Shown one piece after another: positions 31,751 through 45,100 of a stretch of DNA of 64,000 nt. A model generated the notes under the pieces. It had not been told where the DNA came from, did not search any database, and was given only the letters and a program-made list of their open reading frames with translations. The translations under genes and the position numbers were made by a program. Numbering within the stretch: position 1 is the stretch's first letter; each line of letters opens with the position of its first letter. Origin of the DNA: Candidatus Latescibacterota bacterium (GTDB taxonomy: Bacteria; Latescibacterota; UBA2968; SICM01); NCBI GenBank assembly GCA_965217865.1, contig CBDCJO010000002.1, positions 1,728,001 to 1,792,000 on the forward strand, written 5' to 3'.

Positions 31751-34638
31751 CTCTACGCGCGTTGACTTGTCTCTCCCCAGTGACCCGATCCACTTACCAG
31801 TGCGAACGAACGCAGGTCGAGGCTGCGAGATCGCCCGCGCCCTCCCGTCCTAGTGGGTCACGCGAGGGGCGCGTCACGCACCATACCACCTTGACACTGC
31901 TCCTGTGGATGGCTGTCCTGTCGGTTTCGCCTGCCTGGGCGCAGATGGGTACGATTCAGGGTACCGTCACGGATAGCGAATCTTCCAGTCCCCTCCCGAA
32001 CACAAATCTGATTCTGGTCGGTACGGCACGAGGCACAATAACGGGTCTGGACGGGACCTTTGAGATGCGGATGGCTCCTGGCGCCTATACGCTGCAGGCA
32101 AGCTTTATCGGCTACCAATCCGCGAAACAATCCGTGGTGGTAACCACCGGGGACACGGTCACGGTCGAATTCGAGATGACAGAAAGCGCGGTGCCGGGGG
32201 ATGAGTTTGTGGTCGTGGGGTCCAGGACAGTGCGCACCGCTCTGGAAACGCCAGCTCCTGTCGACATCATCTCTGAACGCGAGATCCATGGCTCCGGCGA
32301 AACCGAGATCAACCAGACGTTGCGCCATCTGGTCCCCTCCTTCAACGTCTCCCACCAGACCATCTCAGACGGCACCGACCATATCAACCCCGCCAGCCTG
32401 AGGGGCCTGGGTCCCGACCAAGTGCTGGTCCTGATCAACGGCAAGCGCCGTCACGCCAGTGCCCTGGTGCACGTCAACGGCACCTTCGGTCGGGGCACGG
32501 TCGGTGTGGACCTGAACGCGATTCCCAAAGCCGCCATCGCCCGCGTCGAGATCCTGCGGGACGGGGCTGCATCCCAGTACGGCTCGGACGCCATCGCCGG
32601 AGTGGTCAACATCGTTTTGAAGTCGAGCGCCGAGGGGATCCGGGTCAACAGCCTGCTGGGCACGACGGGCGAGGGGGACGGTGACCAAGTCAAGGTCGAT
32701 GTGAACACCGGCTTCTCCTTTGGAGAAGGCGGCTATGTCAACGTCACCAGTGAGTTCCTCGACCGTGGTCGCACCACCCGCGGCGGCCTGTATACGGGGA
32801 AGATCTACGCCGACGGCATCGAAGACGAGACCATGCTGAACGCCCGTGGACAGACGCGCGAGGACTTCTCCATGAAGATCGGCCAGAGCAAGGCCACGGT
32901 GGGCGCGGCCTTCTACAACGCGGTCTACCCGTTGACCGACGGCGCCCAATTCTACAGCTTTGGTGGACTGTCGCACCGCCGGGGAAAGGCCGCCGGCTTC
33001 TACCGCCTGCCACGCCAGGAGGAGCGGGTGGTGTTTGCGCTCTATCCCGACGGCTTCCTGCCCGAGATCAATCCGGAGATCGAGGACCGCTCGTTCAGCG
33101 CAGGTCTACGCGGGCCCAAGGGGGCATGGGACATCGACTTCAGCATGACCCGGGGCGGCAACAGCTTCCAGTTCAACATCGAGAACACCAACAACGCCTC
33201 AATGGGGACCGCCAGCCCCATCTCCTTCGACGCCGGTCGCCTCAGCTTCGACCAGATCTCGGGCAATCTGGATCTGGTACGGCCCTTGGAAACGGGGGCT
33301 GTCGAGAGAGCGACCCTCGTGCTGGGGAGCGAGTTCCGCGTCGAGAACTACCGGATCGAGGCCGGCCAGTTCGAGTCCTATTCCTTGGGCAACGGCGACC
33401 CCGGCGACATCGCCAAACTGACTGCCGGGGTCGATTACGACACGACGGCCAGCGGCAGTCTCAAGGCGGCTGGGTCGCAGGTCTTCGGCGGATTCCGGCC
33501 GGCCAGTGAGGTGGATCGCTTTCGCCACAGCATCAGTGCCTACGCCGGCCTGGAAAACCAGGTGTCGAAGCGCCTGACGGTTGATCTGGGGGGCCGGTTT
33601 GAGCAGTACAGCGATTTCGGCAATACGGCCACCGGCAAGGCGGCCCTGCGTTACGAAGTGAGCGATGAGGTGGCCCTGCGTGGCACCGTCAGCAACGGCT
33701 TCCGCGCCCCCTCCCTGCACCAGGTCTGGTTCAACAACGTGAGCACGCAGTTCTTGGTGGACGAGGAGACCGGCGAGCTGGTGCCCCAGGAGGTGCTCAC
33801 CGCCCACAACAAGAGCGCGGTCACCAAGGCCTTCGGCATTCCGGCGCTAACGGCAGAGACGTCGGTCAATCTGAGCGGGGGAATCACCGCTCGACCCGGT
33901 GACAGTTTTTCGATCACCGCGGATTACTACCAGATCGCCATCAACGACCGGATCGTGCTGACCAGCCGCTTCTCGGCCAGCAATGCGATGTACGGCGCGA
34001 TTCTGGAGCCTTTCCGGGGTGCGGGGGTGACCCAGGCCCAATTCTTTGCCAATGCGGTGAACACCTCAACCCGCGGCGTGGACCTGGTGGCCTCGTACGC
34101 CACTGGCCTGAACGCGGGTATGCTCGAACTGTCTGGGGCGGCCAACTTCACGAGAACGACAGTCGACGGGATCAATATCTCCGAGGTGTTCATCGCGGCC
34201 TTCCGGGAGGCCAATGGCCGGGATCCCGACGCGGACGAGCACGATGTCATCAAGAATACCCTGTTCAATCGGGAAGAGAAAAACCGGTTCGAGGATGCCT
34301 TGCCGAAGGCCAAGCTCAGTCTCTCCGCACGCTACACCCAGGGTCGCTTGAGCGTACTGGGTCGAGCCACGCGCTACGGCCCGGTCGCGTACAAGCCGAT
34401 CAACGCGGACAACGACGAGATCTTCTCGGCCAAGACGCTGGTCGATATGGACCTGTCCTGCGACCTGCTGCCGGGTGTGCGCCTGTCGGTAGGGGCCAAC
34501 AATCTGTTGAACACCTTCCCGGACCCACACCGAAAGAGCGCGAACATCGGCTCGCGTGGTTTCGTGTACAGCCGTCGCGTCACCCAGTTCGGCGTCAACG
34601 GCGGCTTTTATTATGTGCGTTTGCGGTTCGGTCTTTAG
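31705..34638 (+). CDS. TonB-dependent receptor with N-terminal carboxypeptidase-regulatory-like domain
   Basis: GTIQGTVTD, LRGLGPDQVLVLINGKRRH, EILRDGAASQYGSDAIAGVVN, GFYYVRLRF; start position uncertain. Confidence 0.92.
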   Translation: MASHDLNGSAVNLAKALRALTCLSPVTRSTYQCERTQVEAARSPAPSRPSGSREGRVTHHTTLTLLLWMAVLSVSPAWAQMGTIQGTVTDSESSSPLPNTNLILVGTARGTITGLDGTFEMRMAPGAYTLQASFIGYQSAKQSVVVTTGDTVTVEFEMTESAVPGDEFVVVGSRTVRTALETPAPVDIISEREIHGSGETEINQTLRHLVPSFNVSHQTISDGTDHINPASLRGLGPDQVLVLINGKRRHASALVHVNGTFGRGTVGVDLNAIPKAAIARVEILRDGAASQYGSDAIAGVVNIVLKSSAEGIRVNSLLGTTGEGDGDQVKVDVNTGFSFGEGGYVNVTSEFLDRGRTTRGGLYTGKIYADGIEDETMLNARGQTREDFSMKIGQSKATVGAAFYNAVYPLTDGAQFYSFGGLSHRRGKAAGFYRLPRQEERVVFALYPDGFLPEINPEIEDRSFSAGLRGPKGAWDIDFSMTRGGNSFQFNIENTNNASMGTASPISFDAGRLSFDQISGNLDLVRPLETGAVERATLVLGSEFRVENYRIEAGQFESYSLGNGDPGDIAKLTAGVDYDTTASGSLKAAGSQVFGGFRPASEVDRFRHSISAYAGLENQVSKRLTVDLGGRFEQYSDFGNTATGKAALRYEVSDEVALRGTVSNGFRAPSLHQVWFNNVSTQFLVDEETGELVPQEVLTAHNKSAVTKAFGIPALTAETSVNLSGGITARPGDSFSITADYYQIAINDRIVLTSRFSASNAMYGAILEPFRGAGVTQAQFFANAVNTSTRGVDLVASYATGLNAGMLELSGAANFTRTTVDGINISEVFIAAFREANGRDPDADEHDVIKNTLFNREEKNRFEDALPKAKLSLSARYTQGRLSVLGRATRYGPVAYKPINADNDEIFSAKTLVDMDLSCDLLPGVRLSVGANNLLNTFPDPHRKSANIGSRGFVYSRRVTQFGVNGGFYYVRLRFGL

Positions 34639-34640
34639 CG

Positions 34641-34762
34641 GTCACGCTGTGGGATGTTGCGACGCGAACAAATACCGCCACCCTAAGGCATACGGATGCA
34701 GTCGAATCCGTGTCGTTTTCCCCCGATGGGACGCTGCTCGCTTCCGGGTCAAAAGATGGCAT
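34641..34762 (+). pseudogene. WD40-repeat remnant
   Basis: VTLWDVATRTNTATLRHTDAVESVSFSPDGTLLASGSKDG. Confidence 0.75.
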
Positions 34763-34779
34763 TCAGTCCACATCTCTTC

Positions 34780-34926
34780 TTAACTCCTTCCCCCACCGGT
34801 AGCAGTCTGCTCCGTCACCCCGGTCCGCTTGCACATCTGCCTCACCCTAGGCTCCTGGGCCAGACCCACCTCCGGCTCACGCAGATCGATGATGATCCGT
34901 TCCAACGCAAACAGCTTCCTCGCCAT
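34780..34926 (-). mobile_element. Degenerate IS3-family orfA remnant
   Basis: MARKLFALERIIIDLREPEVGLAQ...QMCKRTGVTEQT with an RBS. Confidence 0.55.
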
Positions 34927-35039
34927 CTCTTCCCTCCTTCCTCAAACAGGAAGATCTGAAACGGCGTAAGTGACTCGGAGCCGGAGGATAAAGTCTCAGC
35001 CGTGAACGTCAACCGCTCGAGTCGAGGGGGGGGGTAAAA

Positions 35040-36140
35040 GTGTTCAGGGATCGACTTTGTGAAACCGTGCGCTACTACGGAAAGTGGATGCGTAACGAGG
35101 CCGAAAAGCGGATCGGCCACCTGTATCCGAAGATCGCCGTCACGAAGGAAATGGTGGCAGAGCGGCCGGACTTGGAACGGTACAAAGGCCGCAAGCTGAG
35201 AGTGATCGCGTGGCTGTGGGCGAGGACGGTGAAGAGCCCGAACCCGGCCTTTGGTGATGTGGACGTGCCGCTGGCCGCTACTTTCATGCTGTCGACGAAA
35301 AAAGGCAAAGAGGCGTATGTCGAACCGGTAATAGAGGACCGCGGGTATCGGTTTGCGGTGAAGGCGGGAGCGCTCCCGGATACGGCGGCGGCGGAGGCTG
35401 GGACGAAGCTGTCGCGGGGGGCGAATTTCGGTGCGTGATGTCGGGAACGCCGATTGCAGGTGACTACATCAAGGCCGAGAGCAAGGCTAGCCGGATGGGC
35501 GTGCGGTTGATGGCAATCGTGGCCGAGGGCGACCGAGGCCGGGTGTATCTGTCGCCGACGCAGGTGCACGAGATGACCGCGCACACGACGAAATCGGAGC
35601 GGAAGCCAGAAAGCGAGCTTGTTGGCAAATGCCGAGACCAGCTGCTGCTCTACGGCATGAGTACCTTTGCAGAACTCTTCACCCCGCGCCAGTTGGTGGC
35701 GCTGATGACGTTTTCGGATCTGGTGGCCGAGGCACGGGCCGAGATCGAGCGAGACGCGCTGGCCGCAGGCAGCTCGGAAGACACCCGACCCCCGCTGCGC
35801 GACGGGAGCGCCGGCGCAACAGCGGAGGCGGTGGGCGCCTTCCTAGGTCTAGCGGTTGGTCGAAGTGCGAACTATTGGTCATCGTTGACTCCATGGGGAG
35901 GAGATTTCATCGTCCAGACGTTCGGACGCCAAGCGATTCCCATGGTTTGGGACTATGCAGAAGGGAATCCGCTGTCATCTTCCACAGGCAACTGGACAGG
36001 AGCACTGGAGTGGATTGAGGAGGTCATTTCAAGGGCCTTGCCCGCACTACAAGAAGGCCAAGCAATTCAGTGTTGACGCCCAGATACATTCGATAAGTAA
36101 GGACAAGCTCGTTTCCACCGACCCACCGTACTACGACAAC
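35040..36140 (+). pseudogene. Second DUF1156-family methyltransferase fragment
   Basis: [49 protein letters not shown]; two frameshifts. Confidence 0.85.
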
Positions 36141-36169
36141 AAGTGGCATCCAAGGGATTAATACCTGCT

Positions 36170-36700
36170 GATATGACCAGGGAAAAGTGGACAGTGGTTT
36201 AAGCCGCTTTCTTCAGCGATAGCCGTTCAAAAAGGGCCGGGGACACGTAGTCCAGGTAAGCGTGCAGCCGCTGATTGTTGTAAAACATTTCGATGTACTC
36301 GAAGAGTTCGCGCTCTGCATGATCGAGGTCGATCAAGTCGACGTGATACAGCCATTCGGTCTTCAAGGTTTTGAAGAATGACTCGGAGACGGCGTTGTCC
36401 CAGCAATCGGCCTTCTTGCTCATGCTTTGAACAAACTGATGCGCGCCGACGGCCTTTCGGAAGCCATCGCAGCAATACTGAATACCTCGATCGGAATGAA
36501 TCATCAGATTCGGCTGCGGTCTGCGTTGCCATACTGCGCGTGACAGGGCCGTGAGTACCGTTTCGTGCGCCAGCGAGGTGCTGACGCACCAGCCAACCAC
36601 GCGACGTGAAAACAGGTCAATGAATACAACCAGATACAGCCATCCCGATCGACTGGACAAATACGTGATATCGCTGACCCACACTTCGTTGGGACGACCC
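36170..36700 (-). mobile_element. IS3-family orfB 3' fragment with right end
   Basis: WVSDITY, HSDRGIQY, CWDNAVSESFF, YNNQRLH. Confidence 0.85.
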
Positions 36701-36709
36701 GCGTCAAAG

Positions 36710-37280
36710 TGGAGTTACCCCGGTTTAGCGGACGGTTTATCAGTTGCGATTCAGTCGGCTGCAAGGGCGACATCGCTGGAGGTCTTCTCGAAGTTCATTG
36801 GAGAGAGATATCCGAGTGCTGAGTGTCGCCGATGGAGGTTGTACCAGCCCTCGATGTATTGAAATACGGACTCCGGGCTTCGGCCTGTGTGCGGTAGTTT
36901 CGGCGATCCAGGCGTTCGCATTCAAGCGTGGCGAAGAAGCTCTCGCATAATGCGTTGTCGTAGCAATCACCGGTGGAACCCATAGAGGGCCGGACACCGG
37001 CCTTGCGGCACCGTAGACCGAAGGCAATGGAGGTGTACTGACATCCTTGGTCGGAGTGATGGATGACGGCTTCCGGCTGTCGTTGCCAGAGCGCCATATT
37101 CAACGCCTCGAGCACCAGCTCGGCGCGCAGATGGGTCGCCATCGCCCAGCCAACGACGCGGCGGCTCCAGGCGTCCACAACGACCGCGAGATACAGGAAG
37201 CCGGCCCACTTACTGATGTAAGTGATGTCGGCTACCCAGAGCTGATCAGGCCCGTTAGCCGTGAAATCTCGATTGACCAG
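36710..37280 (-). mobile_element. Partial IS3 copy of the 56901-58166 element
   Basis: IR tggagttaccccggtttagcgga; near-identical to 56901-57467. Confidence 0.9.
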
Positions 37281-37401
37281 AAAAGCATCCGGGAAAGAGG
37301 CTATTCCACGAGCCGAAGCTGTTCTCTTGGGTGGCTAGCGAGCTATGTAATTCAATATCTTTTCAATCTGTAACGAAGTTATCGGGGGACTGACATTTTG
37401 A

Positions 37402-40275
37402 ATGGAGGATCCAATGCGATGTAGGTTGATCGCCGTGTTGTGGGTGCTGTATGTTGGTATGTGGCCGGTGGAAGCCGAGGGGAAAGGCGTGTTGAGGGGG
37501 AAGGTCGTGGACGATCGGGGAAAGGTTTTGCCCGGGGCGACTGTTGTGGTGCAAGGGCCTGCGCTTTCCCGGCCGACGGGCGCGATCGTGAGTTCTCAAG
37601 GCGCGTATCGCATTGAATTGCCGGCAGGCACCTACACCATCGGGGTTTCGTTTGTGGGTTACGGTAAGGTTGAAGGCACCAATGTGGTGATCGATTCGGG
37701 GGCCACCGTGACGCTGGATTTCACCCTTGTTGCCGAGGCTCTGATGGGACAACAAATCGTGGTATCGATCTCGCGAAGAAAGGAGAAGGCGCTGGATGCG
37801 CCGGCTTCTGTGGCGGTGGTCGATGCGGCTGACATCAGGGACCGGCAGGCCCTTTCGATCGGCGACTATGTGAAAGCGATGCCGGGCGTGGACCACTCCA
37901 AGACGGGGTTGGCGCAGAACAATACGGTGATCCGGGGGTTTAACAATGTTTTTTCGGGGACGGTCTTGATGCTGGTGGACAACCGGATCGCCCGGGTGCC
38001 TTCGTTGCGAGTCAATGCCAACCATTTTATTCCTACCACGGGAGAGGATATCGAGCGCATCGAACTGGTGTTGGGGCCGGGGTCTGCGCTTTATGGGCCC
38101 AACAGTGCCAACGGGGTGATGCATATCATCACCCGGTCTCCTTTCGGGTCGGAAGGCAACTCGATTTCGGTTTCAGGTGGGGAGCGAAGCTTGCGAAAGG
38201 TATCTCTAAGGCATGCCAGCAGCTTTGACAACAAGATCGGGATTAAGATATCCGGTGAGTACTATGCTGGAAATGATTGGAAGTATGTCGATCCGGTGGA
38301 AGTCCAGGCCCGGGGATCCAACCCGCGAAACTACGATATGGAACGCCAATCCGGTGAGGTGCGACTGGATTTTCGGCCCAGAGATGAGTTGATGTTGATT
38401 GCAACGGGGGGATATACCAGAACAACCAACATTGCGTTGACCGGACAGGGCGCCGGACAGGCCGACGATTGGATCTACTCTTTTGCGCAAGGCCGGCTGC
38501 TTTACAAGGGCTTTTTTGCCCAGGTTTTTTACAACAAAAGCGACGCGGGCGAAACGCGATTGCTCAGGACGAACAGTCCGATCGTGGACAAATCGTCGCT
38601 GACGGTGTTTCAGCTCCAGCACAGTGCCGGTCCGGGAACGCGGCAGCAGTTTACTTATGGAGTCGATGCGTTGTGGACCCGGCCGAAGACCGGCGGAACG
38701 ATCCACGGGCAAAATGAAACGAACGACGATGTTAACGAATACGGCGTTTACCTTCAGAGTGAGACGAGCCTGAATGATCGGGTGGACGTGGTTTTAGCCG
38801 GACGGGTGGACGAGCACAATCACGTTGAGGATCCGGTCTTTTCGCCCCGGGCGGCTCTGGTTTTCAAGCCCGGTCCGGCGCACACCTTGCGGTTTACGTA
38901 CAACCGGGCCTTTGGTACCCCTTCGAGCCTGAATCTGTTTCTGGATCTGGTGGCCAGCCCGGATGCGTTTTCACTGGGACGGAACTTCAGTCCGTCGCTG
39001 GGGTTCAATCCGGCGGTTGATGTGCGGACCCAGGGGTCTACGGAGGGGTTCACGTTTCGGCGGGATGGAAACGGGTTACCGATGTTCCGGTCGTCGTTTG
39101 CGCCGGTTGCAGGGTTGTCCAAATCTCACTATTTCCCGTTGCACGATCCCCAGTTCACCAATGTGATGTGGAGCGTTGGCCGTGCGGCTGTACTGGCTCA
39201 ATTGGTGCCACAGCTGACCCAGGTGGCCACCGGCACAATGACACAGCAGATGGTTGCCGCCGGTTTGCCGCCCGATCAGGCACGAGCTCAAGCTGCGCAG
39301 CAAGCCGCAGGGCTGGCGGCTGTTTTTTCAGGCATTGTGCCGACGGTGTTGACGGGGCTCCAAAATGCGGTGGCAAAATTGAATCTGCAAACTACGGAAT
39401 TTGATCCGGTAGCGAGTCTGCCCAATGCCGTCATGGATCTCAAAAGAATTGATCCGACGATCACCGAGACGTTTGAAGTAGGTTACAAGGGGGTGGTGCA
39501 GAACAAGCTGATTCTGGCTGCCGATTTCTACCGGACCCGAATCCGGGACTTCATAGGGCCGTTGCGGATTGAAACCCCCAATGTGTTTTTGGAACCGGCG
39601 TCCTTGCGCGCAGCATTGTCAACAGCATTTGGTCAAGCGCTGCAGGACCCGGCAAACGCTCGACTGGCAGAGGCTCTGGCGGCGCTGGATGCGCCCGCAC
39701 TGGGTGGAAATGGCAATGGGTCGGTGGCAGACGAACTGACCACAACGTTTACGACCAATACGGCGAGAATCCCGTATGGGACCATCACCGCCGAGCAGGC
39801 AACCGATCCGGTGGCCGTGATGCTGACCTATAGAAATTTTGGTCAGGTGACGATCTACGGTGCGGATCTGGCCTTTGCCTATTATCCCGACGATGCCTGG
39901 ACGGTTACGGGAAATTTTTCGTATGTTAGCGAAGATCTGTTTCCAAATCTGGACAACCTTGGGGATGTTGCGTTGAATGCGCCCACTCGGAAATTCAACC
40001 TTGGCATCGAATACAAAGTGCCCAATACCCGTTTGAGCCTGGGTGGGGAAGTGCGTTATCGAGGGAAATTCCCGATGAGTTCGGGCGTGTTTGTCGGACC
40101 TGTGGATTCTTATGCGGTGGTGGATGGGAACGCCACCTACGAAATTCCTATGGGGCAGGCGCGTGTGACGTTGAGTTTGGATGCCAGCAACCTTCTGAAC
40201 CGAAAATATCGGTCTTTTGTGGGGGCGCCGGAAATTGGACGGCTGGTGTCGGCAGGATTGGCGGTTCGTTTCTGA
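37402..40275 (+). CDS. TonB-dependent receptor
   Basis: Signal peptide, LRGKVVD domain, IERIELVLGPGSALYG, C-terminal AGLAVRF. Confidence 0.93.
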   Translation: MEDPMRCRLIAVLWVLYVGMWPVEAEGKGVLRGKVVDDRGKVLPGATVVVQGPALSRPTGAIVSSQGAYRIELPAGTYTIGVSFVGYGKVEGTNVVIDSGATVTLDFTLVAEALMGQQIVVSISRRKEKALDAPASVAVVDAADIRDRQALSIGDYVKAMPGVDHSKTGLAQNNTVIRGFNNVFSGTVLMLVDNRIARVPSLRVNANHFIPTTGEDIERIELVLGPGSALYGPNSANGVMHIITRSPFGSEGNSISVSGGERSLRKVSLRHASSFDNKIGIKISGEYYAGNDWKYVDPVEVQARGSNPRNYDMERQSGEVRLDFRPRDELMLIATGGYTRTTNIALTGQGAGQADDWIYSFAQGRLLYKGFFAQVFYNKSDAGETRLLRTNSPIVDKSSLTVFQLQHSAGPGTRQQFTYGVDALWTRPKTGGTIHGQNETNDDVNEYGVYLQSETSLNDRVDVVLAGRVDEHNHVEDPVFSPRAALVFKPGPAHTLRFTYNRAFGTPSSLNLFLDLVASPDAFSLGRNFSPSLGFNPAVDVRTQGSTEGFTFRRDGNGLPMFRSSFAPVAGLSKSHYFPLHDPQFTNVMWSVGRAAVLAQLVPQLTQVATGTMTQQMVAAGLPPDQARAQAAQQAAGLAAVFSGIVPTVLTGLQNAVAKLNLQTTEFDPVASLPNAVMDLKRIDPTITETFEVGYKGVVQNKLILAADFYRTRIRDFIGPLRIETPNVFLEPASLRAALSTAFGQALQDPANARLAEALAALDAPALGGNGNGSVADELTTTFTTNTARIPYGTITAEQATDPVAVMLTYRNFGQVTIYGADLAFAYYPDDAWTVTGNFSYVSEDLFPNLDNLGDVALNAPTRKFNLGIEYKVPNTRLSLGGEVRYRGKFPMSSGVFVGPVDSYAVVDGNATYEIPMGQARVTLSLDASNLLNRKYRSFVGAPEIGRLVSAGLAVRF

Positions 40276-40641
40276 ATCGCAGAGGGCCGACGATCTCCTC
40301 GGCCCGACCCCGGGAGGTTATGCTTGATGCAGCCAACGGGCTGGGAAATTGAATGGTAATTATCACTGCTGTCCAAGATAAATCAGAATGGGCCTTTTTT
40401 GGACAAGTAAGTGACTGTTTTTACACAATGCCCTCTGGCAGACTGAAATCCAGGTTGCACTGGCCAAAGATGCTGTCCAAAAGCTGGATGGTCCGAAAGA
40501 TCGGGCCTTTCATTGCACAACACATCCCGAAAAGCTGGGATTCAGGCGATTCGAAGAGGACCTAGCGGTTCGGGCACGGTCTTTGATCGCCTATCTGATC
40601 CAAATGCTGTCCAAAGAAAAAACCGATTTTGGACAGGTATG

Positions 40642-40784
40642 GGTAATTATATACTTGACAAAGTGATAATGAACCAAACGTGTTTGGTCCATTCCTCAAG
40701 GGATGCTTCGTATAGATCAACTCCCGTTTTTGATCACGATCCGCTTGAATTCAACCATATCCGACTTGATTTCAGCAATCTTCT
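40642..40784 (-). repeat. Inverted copy of the 143-bp repeat at 31541-31683
   Basis: Reverse-complement match. Confidence 0.9.
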
Positions 40785-40900
40785 GCAGCACCAGAAGAGA
40801 TAGTGGCTCAAAACAATATTATCAGAATACAGATCCTCGATTTCCTGCGAATCGCTTATGAAGAAGAGGAAGATGGTTACACAGATCTAAACCGGGAGAT

Positions 40901-43627
<2,727 letters not shown>

Positions 43628-43800
43628 TGTGAAAATTTCAAGCTGGATCCTGAGCTGCCCTGCAGCGAATTCGTCGTCCAGGGAACCGGGCTGCGACTGT
43701 TCTTCTACCCCGGCGGCCACCCTGGGTTCCCTGCGCAACGACCGCTTCTGGCGCAATGCGTGCACCTTCACGCTGCAAGACCCATGCCTGGATTCTACAC

Positions 43801-43965
43801 TAGTGAACCGTCAAGTTAGAGACGCGGGATAAAGATCTGTATTTTTGAGCAGTTTTGTCGTATGCTCTCCGTATCTCCCCCCAAAAGGAACAAGGAGAGC
43901 GAAGTGCCGAAGAAGAGATACATCGTGACGCTGACGGCTGAGGAGCGGTCATATCTGCGTGGTCT
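43801..43965 (+). mobile_element. IS630-like left end and N-terminal remnant
   Basis: tagtgaaccgtcaagtta end; RBS plus (M)PKKRYIVTLTAEERSYLR. Confidence 0.6.
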
Positions 43966-44224
43966 GGATGGGCCGGCAAGGGGAAAGGGCTACCTGTGGG
44001 AAGCGTTCTTCTCTGCATGGGATAGCTACCTGGAGGACGACTCGGACGATGTTTCCAAGCCGAACGCGCACATATCTCCCCCTTCAAAGCGTGACACCGT
44101 GACATATGTTGAAAAACAAGGAGTTGTGAGTGTTTCAAAGCGTGACATGGATGGTACGATGTCACGCTTTGATCCCCCCAACACTGCGGCGACATCTACG
44201 GAGGATGACATCGAGGCGTTCGAT

Positions 44225-44688
44225 GAACGCGCGGGGATCATGGAGCATGAGGGTGGAATGACTCGCGAGGAAGCCGAAGCTCGGGCTCTCGAGATGCTCG
44301 ACCCCGATCACGAGTGAGGTCCCGGGCCGCAAATCCACGGGACCGGGACCTTCTCACTTCGCCCACGTGCCGTCTGTACCGTGCCGCCCGTTTTGTGGAG
44401 GTCGCGCCCCCCCCCTTTCCCGGATTCAGAAAGAAAGTCGCACACGGGCCGGATCTGTGCCCTCAACGCTGCCTCGAGGTCGAGCCACTGTCTCGCCACT
44501 GGACCCACGCCAGAAATCTCCCAACGGAATCAAATTCCACAAGTTGTCATCCCTCAATCGCCATGAGCCACCCTGCGCCCTCAAAACCTGGCGATCTGTT
44601 TCCCGGAGAAGGACATGAAAGGTCGGAGGCGGTCGCCACTGTCGCACACGGACAGACGGCAAATTGGGGGCGACAGCCGAGCCCCCAC
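44225..44688 (+). repeat. Direct repeat of about 465 bp, copy 1
   Basis: Matches 45094-45570; begins in ERAGIMEHEGGMTREEAEARA. Confidence 0.9.
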
Positions 44689-44904
44689 TGGGGTTCGGGG
44701 TTCCATGCCCAGGTCTGGCAGAACACCGCCCGGATCAAACCCCTCGTAAAGCACCTGAGCCGCATCGTATTCAAAGCGCACAGACCATAATTCCCAATTC
44801 TAATTTGGAGGGATTGGAGATATGCGCCGATACACCCGTTTTCTCGTCGCTCATCTGCTTTTTGTGCTGTTCCTGTCGTGCGTCTTTCCCATCTCCCTCC
44901 TTTC

Positions 44905-45100
44905 ACAGAAGGACGCCCGGGAGACCGGGACCGGCAGATAGAACGGGACCTGGGATTATACCAGGGGGCGATCCGGCGCTGGCGTGATGAGCTGGAGGCA
45001 GACCCGATCGATGCGTTCCCAGGTACAGGTCACCAGAAGCCTTTGGAGGAGGAGAGCCGCTGTTTACGTCGAGAGCTTGACATCGCGCGGGAAGAACGCG
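44905..45100 (+). mobile_element. IS3-family orfA remnant
   Basis: QIERDLGL...RRWR...AFPGTGH...LRRELDIAREER. Confidence 0.7.
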
